64,000 bases of DNA from Oikopleura dioica (taxonomy: Eukaryota; Animalia; Chordata): positions 1,736,001 through 1,800,000 of the forward strand of contig OU015568.1 in assembly GCA_907165135.1 (NCBI GenBank), given 5' to 3'. This document shows positions 45,807-57,347 of this stretch, one piece after another (position 1 is the stretch's first letter; the number at the start of each line of letters is the position of its first letter). The notes below the pieces were generated by a model, which saw only the letters and a list, made by a program, of their open reading frames with translations, ran no database searches and was not told the DNA's origin. A program made the position numbers and the translations under genes.

Positions 45807-47771
45807 TTATTTAACATAAAACGGATTCTGGGAATTTCTCGGTGTTCGACTTAGAGATGGATCATGAGAGGGGCGTTCTTCAGTTGGTCGCTCGATGATA
45901 GAAAATCTGTTGTCGTAGAGATTCGAAAGTCGCGCGTGAAAAGAACTTCCGGTTTTTCTTCGTTGTCTTCGAAAAATATAATTTTAGGTTTGAAGAGTGG
46001 ATACTTTACCTTCTGGTGGGCGGCGTTCCATGCTGAGAATGTTGTCTCCTCATAACTGGAGGGGTTCTTCCTTGATTTATTTGAGCGGGCTGAAAAATGA
46101 TCCAATAGAAAAAATATTTAAATAATACCTGAGTGCCTGCAAGAGGAATACCAGATGAGTGAGGCTGAAGATTCTCCATTCCAATATGCGGGCTCAAAAG
46201 GTGCGGCAGAACTTGGGATGCTCGAGGAGAAATATAGTCATCTTCTTGTGCCAGAGCGGTTATCGACAAACTTCTTCCTGAAATCGAGATTTTTGCTAGA
46301 TTGAATTCTAGGGCCGCCTACTTTTATTTTCGTGAAGGTCCATTCTCGCTCGATTAAGTTCTTCTGCAATCAAATCTTCCTCTCCGTCAATTGTGTGCCC
46401 ATTGCCCCCGCCTGAACTACCAGCTGTACTTCCCCCTAAAAATCATAAATTCTTCTCCTTGTGTTCAAAATAATTTAGCCACCTGAGCTCACATCTGAAA
46501 GCCTCCTAGAAGTCAGCACAAATTCAACTTGAATGCGTCTTTTTTGTTCCAGCAAGGCCATAGCTTGTTCTGCTAAATGGCGTCTTTTCTCATTTGACTT
46601 GACGATCAGAACTTGGTTTTTGTGCATTTTTTCTTTATACGTTTCTACTAATCCTTCGTAGTAGGTGACCAAAATGAAGGCTAAAAATATGGTTCAAGAT
46701 TCAAAAATAGCAGCTGTTACCTAAAGAGTTGAAAATCCTCAGCATCCTAAAAGTCAGCATCAGAACCATTTTGATCTGCTCTGAACTCCCATGACTTGAA
46801 AAAATGAGCACAAAGGACATCAACCAACTGACCAATACCAGCATCGCATCCACCACTTCCATCTTTTTACTGAGCAAAGTCGGGACGCAAACAAGTTTAA
46901 TGACCACTTCCAAAAAGAAAATAGTCAAGAGACTGAAGGTTACAATTCCGAGCGAAAGCTTTGTCCAAGGTCAATCGGAAATTACCGTATTCTTTTCATT
47001 TCGGCAAAAGACGAAATTGACCTTTTCCATGCAGTTGTCAATGCAGAAAAAACTCCACAGTCAAAAGAAGGAGCTGTTGTTGTGACAATCGGAGCAGTAG
47101 TAGTAGGTAAAGAAGGAGTAGTCGTAAATAAAGTCGTATTTTCATTTTCATTCTCATTTTCAATCTCGATTTGTTCATCATCACAATGGCACGAATCCGT
47201 CTCGTAAATGTAAATGCCAAGGACGAGTTCAGAATAAACGAGGATCGTATCCAAAATGATGACGATAAAGAAAGCGAGGCGATATTTACGGTGTGTCATC
47301 AACGATTCGACAGAGTTTTTACTATCAGCCCATTTTTGAGCGAGCTTGGATGTGGACTTGGTCTCGATGCTTTCTGTTAGATTTTGTTCGGGATGCTCTG
47401 GCGACTCATCAAAATAGCTAGAGGAATCTAAAAGAGGTTTGTTTTTTGGCAAAAAGAAGGTTAAATTTAGAAAAAAAGACCCTTATTCTTGGTCATAAAA
47501 ATCAATTTCTGCACTTACAAAGCTCATTTCTCGTGTTTTTGTCCGTTTTTCTATGGACTCTTGGGGTTCTAGCGGCCTTGTTCAACTCTTGATCATCCGA
47601 CTCAATTTCACCATCACTTGATGTTTCGAAAACTTGATCATTTACTTGAGGGGTGCTTTTCGGAATCGCAATTACTAAAAAGATTGATTTACAAAAGACC
47701 TGGGTCTGTACCTGAAAGTCGTTTCTTGATGCTATTCCAGCCGGCTTTTGCGAAACTCTTTCTTCTCCCAT
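45807..47771 (-). CDS. Voltage-sensor-only protein, Hv1 (HVCN1)/TMEM266-like, divergent
   Basis: S1 IVIILDTILVYSEL, S2 SLLTIFFLEVVIK, S3 MEVVDAMLVLVSW, S4 LMLTFRMLRIFN, coiled coil and long disordered tail; no pore domain. A further 5' exon near 47830-48015 is possible. Confidence 0.82.
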
Positions 47772-48427
47772 TGCTTTCTTTTTTCTTCTCTAATTCGATG
47801 CTTTCACTCGAAGATGGAGCTACTGACATTTACTGTAACAAACCACGAAATTCCGAGTCTCCTTGGCGAAAGTCCTTTCTTTGAAAACAGAATCTTCCTA
47901 ACAGCGAGTATTTTTCAAGAATTCTGAAATTTGCGCTACCGTAAAGTTCCCCGTTCGATGGGAAAGTCATTCGCAAATTATATGCCCTAGCTTTGAGAGA
48001 ATTAATAGAAGGCAAATTATTTATTCCAAGACAGTGCGGAAATGAGAGAAGCGAAATTTCTGTCAGCAGCCATTTCCATAACGCGCGCCTAAGGCGTTTT
48101 TAACGTAAGAAATTTATTGGAACGGGAAAGAACTTGACTCACTTGCGTAGATCAATTATTCGGGTCAGACAGTTTCAGTGGGAAATATCTTGACCTCGTG
48201 ATTCTATAAAAATTGTAGAAGAGAGCAAAAAAGATCGGATTTTCAGTTTTTCTATTGGATTCCAAAATTTGGAAAAAAAAAACTGGCATATCAGCAAAAA
48301 AGCCACTTCCGAACACGTCTTTAAGACTGACCCTGCATCGCTTATGACTTCGCCGGGGGCAAGTTTCTGTTCTAGTGCTCTGTGACCGCGCGATTCCCAA
48401 AGGTTGTGTTTTCATTAGTACTGTCGA

Positions 48428-50376
48428 ATGAGAAACACGAATCTCACATATTTCATTTTCGGCGCATTGACCTATCAAGTTTTCTTTATTTTTTTCAAGA
48501 GCGCCTTATTCGATGCTGAGCCAAAATTTTTAAGAGAGAATGCTGCTGTTAGAAAAAACATTCCCTGTCCACAGAAACAAGCAGTTCACGCCAGGCATAA
48601 AAGAGAAACTGAAGAAGAATCGAAGACGATCAAATTGGCAAAGCTCGACCCAATTGATTTTTCCGAATACGCGCTGAAGCGAGCTAGAGTCAAGTTCTAC
48701 CTCGAACGAGCTTACAACCCAAGAAATGAATCAAACGGAAAATGGTACGGAACAAAACCCTTGTTTCTTCGAGAAGAGTGCCGCTGCAATCGTCCGGAAA
48801 ATTTCGGCAAATCTTACAACTACCAGCGAATGTTTTCAGAAGAAATAAATCAAAAATATACGACAGAAAATGAAATACGAAAAGAGCAATATTCAAATTT
48901 CCTGAAAGACAATCGTTTCTCCGAAATGGCATATCCGATGATTCGTCGAACTCCTTTCAACCCGATCGAAGTGCCGGTTTTTGGCCTGACTGTTCATCCT
49001 TACGAATCGATCATCATTCCAATAAAATTTCATTTGGAAGAGAGCGAAATGATCCAGTTTGATGTCGACTGCAGATTTTGCGTTTGGGGATTTGATCCTG
49101 CCAGGCGATGGAGAAATGTGACTGATGCGAATAAATTGACGAAGAAAATCAGGCTTTTTGTTGAAGAGTACGACGCGAGGCCTTTGATTGATATTGTCGT
49201 TGTGACGATGAAGAGACAACTGACGGGGGAAGAATTTGAAGCGAGATTTCCAGGTTTGAGCTTGAGAGCTTTATATCTGATAATTTGCGATTCTAGTGAC
49301 GTATAAAACGATGCCAATGCCAATTCTCACCACCAGAAGCACCAATAAATTCCACGATATGGTTACAATCGTGACAAAAACTTTCATGCGCTACCCCTGC
49401 CTTGAACGTCTTCTCGATTCGATAAACAAATTTTACCCAGGGACTCAAGTAATCGTCGCTGATGATACTCCAACAGAGCATTACAAGAAGCTAGATACGT
49501 TCAAATATCCATTTGTCAAGCAACACAAAATGCCTGCTAATGCCGGCTTTTTTGCTGGAAGAGCTTTAGGAAACGGTTCGGAAAATCTTTTAGACAATTA
49601 AAATCGATATTTTCTGAACCCAAAAATCAGCGATTTCGCAAGTCATGACTGAATATTTTATCACCATGGATGACGACTTTTTGGTAACAGAGGAAACGAA
49701 ACTTGAAGAGCTCTTGAAAATTATCGATGAAAGTGGCTACGATATAATTGGAGGCGGAGTAGCAAGAAACAACGACGAAAAACAAACTTGGGACAAGATG
49801 GGAAGATTCGACATAAAACGCGATGAATATGGGTTTTGCTACTATCGAGGTGCTTTTCAAATCAGACCACCTCCAAGTCTCCCGGGTTGTCGAACGAGGG
49901 ACATTGTGAAAAATTACTTTATCGGTCGAGTTGCTACGACGGGGACAGTAAGAATGGATCCGCATTTTGCCAGAACAGGACATAAGGAGTTCTTTTTGGA
50001 TGCGCTTGGAGAACTGAGAATCGCTAGGTGAGTTTAAAATTTGATCCAAAGAAGGCCAACTACATTTATCTTTAAGGTGAATCAAAATCTTGTATATTAA
50101 AAAAATCAGAAGTATTTCTTGAATATCATTATTATGGTTTTGGGATTAAGACTTAATCATTCAAGCTGTTTTTACGAGAATTTTAGTTGTGATGGCGTTG
50201 CTCCTGTTCTCCACGATCCGGAAGGATGCGATGGTCGATCAGAAGAATACAGCAAGTTTCGATTCCCCGAAAGATCAGAAGAAGAGCAGACCGAATATCG
50301 CTTTCAAAACGACAAACTGTGGTACCATAGAAACTATCTCAAATGCTATCAAGAACAGTATCCCTCAACAATTTAA
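48428..50376 (+). CDS. B4GALNT: Beta-1,4-N-acetylgalactosaminyltransferase (B4GALNT1/2-like, GT12)
   Basis: Type II anchor; VTIVTKTFMRYPCLERLLDSINKFYP, VIVADD, GFFAGRALAISQVMTEY, MDDDF, CRTRDIVKNYF and HKEFFLDALGELRIASC. Confidence 0.9.
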
Positions 50377-50516
50377 ACTTTTGACCTAGCCTTTTTCAAT
50401 TAGGCCTCTAGAATTCTGCTAATAAAGAAAAGAACTCGTACATGAATGTGAACTTTATTGACCAAAAAAATCTTTTTCAAAAAGGGCGGGGGAAGCAAAA
50501 GCAGGGATAAAACAAA

Positions 50517-52160
50517 TCACCATGCATCGTCTTTCTGGCCCAAGCGCTTGTACATTTGGCCGAGGATGACTCCGAGTTCACGCTGCTCGCCCTCGGCGAG
50601 ACTGAATGGGAGGCGGCCGTGGGCAAATCGGTAGTTGCAGATGGCGGCGATGTCTCCTTTTTGCCAGGCGAGTGGGATGCCGTGGTTTTCGTAGACGTCG
50701 ACGAAGGTTTGGAGCTCTACAGATTTAGAATTAAGGGACTACAACGATAAACCAAGCAGATCGTTACATTAAGATTAATCAAAAATATCTAAACGCCGAA
50801 AGAGTACGACTCTTATGGTTTCTTAAAAATCATGAGTGCATTACGCACTCTTAAAAGTATTTTACGGTAAAATTTTTACCTTCTCTTGTCATTTCACTGT
50901 CATCGCCAAAAGTAATTGCCAGTGGTCGTTCCTCCTCAGTCGCTCCTTCAAAAGTCTTCATGTACGGTTTCTCCATTACTGTTGGCCACTGATCGAACCA
51001 GGCGCTATGGTCGGCGATTGCGGAGTAGAGGAGATTTCGATTCGACTGAGGGTGGTATTCGAAGCCGGAAATGTAGCATTTTGTCTTCATGTATCCATTT
51101 TCGCCCCAGGAGACTTCCAGACCCTTTGCTTTTGCTCTTCTTTCTGCTTCTTTTGGGCAGTCGGTCATGAAGGAGCTAGGGAGGAGCGATGAGGAATGAA
51201 TTAAAATGAGAATGGTTACTATTGCCAGTGATTGTAGACACCATCCATATTTGAGTAGCGCTCTTTATTCGTGAGACATCGGATGTAGCAGATTCCTTTG
51301 TTTTTGAGCTTCTGGCCGAATTCTGTTGCTAGGATATCATCCGTAGCGCTAGAATAACATTTAGTAGGGTTCAAAATACTCTCAAATAAGCGCATACCCG
51401 AAATTTTCCGAAACAAAAGTAGCTCCACGAAGAGGATCTTCAGGGTCTTCTATGGCTTCCCGGCAGCAGAAAGCAATACCGTTGACAGATTCGTTTACGT
51501 AGGCCATTTCGTGATGGAAGTGAAGCCAAGCTTCTTTTGGCGCGCCGATTTCGTAAACATTGGGGATTATTCCTGTTACAGAGGTCAAAATCAACCACGA
51601 TCGGACCATCCAAATTTGGCAAAAGTCCTTTTGCGAATCCTTGTTTACTTAGAATTTGATTGTCGATTCTTTTTGACCTCTTGCCTTTTCTAGCATTGGC
51701 CCCGGCTTCGTACTTCGAGAGGGAGGGAAAGATGAATTCGGCCCAAAGTTTCATGGCTTCCAAATTGTCGCCCATTTCGCGGTTTCCGCGGAGGAGAACT
51801 AGTCCGACTTCGTCAAAGACTTTTCTCATTTTTCGGGCAAGCTGTTTCCATGGCTTTTGGAATTTTGAACCCAAGATTAAGGGCGTCGCCGAATGAACAA
51901 ATATTATTTGCCCTCAATTCGACCCTGTTATTGACTTGTTCTTTTCAAAGCCTTGCCTGAGGATTTCCTTTTGGTCCATCTGCCATATTTTCATTTGTTG
52001 TGTCAATGATGTATTTTTCCGAGTTGATGACTTCCTTCTCTCGCCAAAAGACGGGAACAATCGGGTTGACTTCGAAGTTATGATTGGAAATCTTTCTGGC
52101 TGGTGGACGAACTGCAGTAGCCGCAGCGCGGAGTCGACGGGTAAAAAGTCGAGCACACAT
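50517..52160 (-). CDS. TauD/TfdA-family Fe(II)/2-oxoglutarate dioxygenase (SyrP-like), predicted mitochondrial
   Basis: HHEMAY (HxE), GATFVSEN, YNHWQYSF, WQKGDIAAICNYRFAHGR; N-terminus MCARLFTRRLRAAATAVRPPARKIS; spliceosomal introns. Confidence 0.88.
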
Positions 52161-52380
52161 TTTCCGAAATCTGAAAAGCTTAAACTGAAACAGAGACAAA
52201 AAAGGATCAACAAGAAACAGACTGATTCTAGAGCAGTAATTTTTCTAAGAAATGGACGAAGTAATCAATGAAGTCCAAGAAATGCTCAATTTCGTTGATT
52301 TTTAAGGGTGTCAACAAGGATTTTCAGCATAAAGTCTCGAATAACTGCGATCTCTTTTTTGCTCGAGTTCATGAAAATAC

Positions 52381-52662
52381 GGGTGGCGGGCGGCTTCGTT
52401 CGCAAAGGCCATTTTGCGAACGGCGTTCGCAAATTACGAACGGCGTTCGCAAAATCGAAAAATTTTTGCCCGAAAATCGTTCACAACTTTTTTCAAAATG
52501 TGTCCCAGCGGTAGAAAAAGACTGCTCCTGCCAAGCCAATGAGTTCTCTCCAAGAAAATGCGCGAAGCGCACACTCATGGCAAGATTTTTTTTTCGTTGC
52601 GAACGGCGTTCGCAAGATTACGAACGGCGTTCGCAAATTGCGAACGAAGCCGCCCTACACCC
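52381..52662. mobile_element. MITE with 8-bp TSD, 282 bp
   Basis: TIRs GGGTGGCGGGCGGCTTCGTTCGCAA / TTGCGAACGAAGCCGCCCTACACCC (2 mismatches in 25); TSD GAAAATAC at 52373-52380 and 52663-52670; internal CGAACGGCGTTCGC palindromes. Confidence 0.88.
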
Positions 52663-54076
52663 GAAAATACTAACAGAGTCCGACTCCCACTAATTAGCGC
52701 AAATAATTTTTCAAGAAAATGAATGATTCTGCTAATTTTAAATTATTATTTGAGCACTGGACTTTCTACTCAATAACACCAAGGCGATTTTCGAATGTTC
52801 GAGCGACAACTCCCCATTTTTCTTGAGGCGGAAAACGCCTTCTTTTTTCTCTTTGCTCACATGAAAGAAGACCTCTTAAAAACTCGTGATGTGAAATTGA
52901 ATGTGATGCAAGAAATCTTAAATACGGCCTGGAAATGACGAAAAATCGTCTCATCCCTTTTAAAATTGCATCAGAACGAGAATTTTGGCCTGGGGCCCTC
53001 TTGTCCTTGATACATTTTTGCAAGGACATTCGTTTTAAAATTTTTGAAATCAAAATTTTTGCCAGCAATAATCTCTTAAATTCACGGGAATAATGGCAAT
53101 GAGATTCCCACTGACCAGGTTAAATGTTTACTCTCTAAGTTTGAATTCTTTTTCTCCGATCACCCCCCGATCATGAACGTAAAGCGTGACAGCCCTAGAA
53201 CAGTACGTTCCAAAATTTTCTAGTTTCTTCATTTCCTAATTTGGCCACTCAATTTTAATGATGATTCTAGCAAAAATATTCATGATAATCGATTTCTTGA
53301 GGCAATTGCTCAAGACCCAGCCGAAAAACCGATTTCATTCCTCTTTTCTAGCTCTAGAATTATGTAACTGATAGAGGAGCTAGATTATAAAGCGGTTATG
53401 CAACACAATCGGGCCATTTTACTATCAGACTGAAAGAAAAATGGCCAAAACAGTAAATTAGATATCTCAGACATTTGATTGTTTCAGTCTAGTACTTTTA
53501 AACAATAATCTTTTCGTTGATTCTTATAACAAACAACAAACCTTGAACCGTGGTGGATCTCTTTTGGGTCTAAAGAATAGTTCACCTGAGATCTTGGTGG
53601 AGAGTTCTGACTGAAATGGAAGGCGTCTGAAGTCTTTATATGGAAAGTCCAGACAGTTAGACATAATTCGAATTATCAAGTCTATGCGCGACCAATAACC
53701 TTATTGACTTAATTTGTGATTTTTGTCGAGAATCGACGATGGAATTTGCAATCGGATCATTTTTCTCCTTCTCTTCTCACGTGAAACAGAAGGAAACAAA
53801 GCGTAACAATGGAATGTTGTTGATTTGTCGTTGCTGAATTGTTTATTTCTAAATGCAAAATTCGCAACCGCAAGGATCGGGAAAACCAGCTCAGAATTTC
53901 GACATTTTGCGGTGTTGAATATTCGAATTCGAGGACCGATAAACTGCGCGTTTTCCGATAGTCGGCGGCATAACCCAGCAGAGTTTAATTTTTTGGATCA
54001 ACCCTCTTCGGCGGCTTTTCAGCCAACAGGTTTGGAAGAGAGAAAAGCGCTAGAATAACATGTTTTAGGATCCAGA

Positions 54077-55294
54077 ATGAAACTCCGCTTAGGCTTATTG
54101 GCATGGGCCGGGGCGCTAGATCCGGCTTGGAATCCGGATCGGCCCCTGCGCAATACGCGACCGTCGAGCGCCTTCACGGCAATGTCCGACATTTTGGACC
54201 GGCGTCGATACGACAAGGACCTCTATGATCGCCTTGATCAGCGATTTTTCAGAAACGGAAATGCCACTGGCTTTGCCTGGCCCGGTCAGCTCGACGCTGC
54301 TGGTGAGCTCACTGCTCAGGTAAGAAACAATCGCGAATCTGTGAAAATAAAGCGATTTTATAGGATTACTTGGTCGAATGCGGTCAAAGTGAAATGTTTT
54401 TCGCCGCTCGAACCGACTCTTACGATGCATTCAACGTTGTCAACGCCGCCGACTTCACCCTTAACGACTGGCGATGCAATGGCAACTCGACAAATCTCGA
54501 ATGGGTCGGAATCGACGACGGAGCAGGAGGACAGATCGAAGTCATCTTCGCCTCGATCCCACTTGACAGTTGCAATACTACTGTCAGCTTTGATGCAGAT
54601 ACCAACGAGCTTGTCTTCTCCAACACGATCATGAACGGTGCTTTTGCTATCCACCAGGACGACAACGATGCGACCAACGGTGTTCATGGCGGTATCACAA
54701 CAACTGTAAGTGTTTTCATGATCGATAGAAAATAATCTTTCGTAGTCCGTCATTGACTTTGGCGTCAGCTGCCGATACACCGCTGTCTACAACGATGTCG
54801 GTCTTGCCATGGAAACGGAGCACGCTGACATCAACCAGGTCATCAACGTTTTCGAATCAAACACCTTCGACTTCGCGATCAACTTCGTTGCTCCTGATGT
54901 CTCTGCACGAATGGGAGGCAATACTTCCTTTGTTGATGTTCCCGTTGCCGAGTACAACGTCGGTGATGCTGCTTACTTCTTCGTCGAGATGGAGCATCCA
55001 AACGAAAAGCTCTACTTGGAAGTCATCAGCTGCACTATGATCTCTGGCCATACTGACAACATGAACTACACGATCATCGACAACCAGTGCGTGGACCCGT
55101 ACACCAACACTAACTTGATCGATCAATACGAGCCCTACAAATCCCTCATCTCCTTCACCATGTTCGAGTTTGTCTCCGACATTCCCGACTTGGAACAACA
55201 ACAGAACGATCTTCACTGCTCGATTCGACTTTGCTTGAAGGACCCACAAGCTGCTGAGGAAATGTGCCCCAGCAACACAGCCAACTGTCTCTAG
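54077..55294 (+). CDS. Secreted zona pellucida (ZP) domain protein
   Basis: Signal MKLRLGLLAWAGA; VECGQSEM, IPLDSCNTT, FGVSCRY, LEVISC, IIDNQCVDP, ISFTMFEF, LHCSIRLC; three GT-AG exons; C-ending codon bias. Confidence 0.9.
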
Positions 55295-55853
55295 ATTCTG
55301 AAATCTCAAAAATCAAATCATGGATTTCCCGTTTTTGCCTAATAGCAATCAAGTCAAAATGAAAAAAAATCGAAACGGAATCATCTTTGACCTCTGTTGT
55401 GAAAGCTTCGTGATCATCGATGAACTCTGACCTCAAGCAATCACGTGGCTAAAAAATGAAAGAAAAGGCTGTCTTTCTGCATCTCATTTATTTCCTCTCC
55501 GGTTTTTCGGTACCTGACGGATAGATCGGAAAAACGAGAAAGGAAATTTTTCGAGATCGAAATATCCCGCAAATAATACGCGGCATATTTTAAGCCTGAA
55601 AGACTTGTGGCCTGAAGACCTGTGGAAAATGAATTCTTATAACTGAGCTTTGTTATAAATAAATTGTCTTATAATTATGACTTTGTGTTGAAATATTCTT
55701 TCAAAATCGTGTTGAACAAGAGGGTGAGGTCTTGGCGGTGCAATTGTTATGCGCAAATCCGATTCTTTTATTTCGTCCTTGGCCATAAATCGCCGCGCGA
55801 TAAAAATTGATCGTATAATAAGCTTTATCTGAAAACATATCCAAATTTTCGAA

Positions 55854-57142
<1,289 letters not shown>

Positions 57143-57347
57143 TTCTAGGATAAAAAAATTGACCAATAAAAAGTCTTCATATGAAGATTACGTCGAATCC
57201 GACTACGATGCATCTTACGTTTACAATCAAAAATAAACCCCTAACTGACAAAAGTGAAAAAATAAAATGTCTTTATTACATATCAAAAAATATCGTGTGC
57301 ATAATCTCAAAAAAATATCTTATGTACACATGCATGCAGAAAACAGC

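Noticed and set aside
52268-52693. ORFs with ERRSQI repeats
   Set aside because: They translate the palindromic repeats of the MITE at 52381-52662.
52766-53664. Possible orphan minus-strand gene (MSNCLDFPYKDFRR...)
   Set aside because: One plausible first exon, but later exons contain stops and no recognisable motif.
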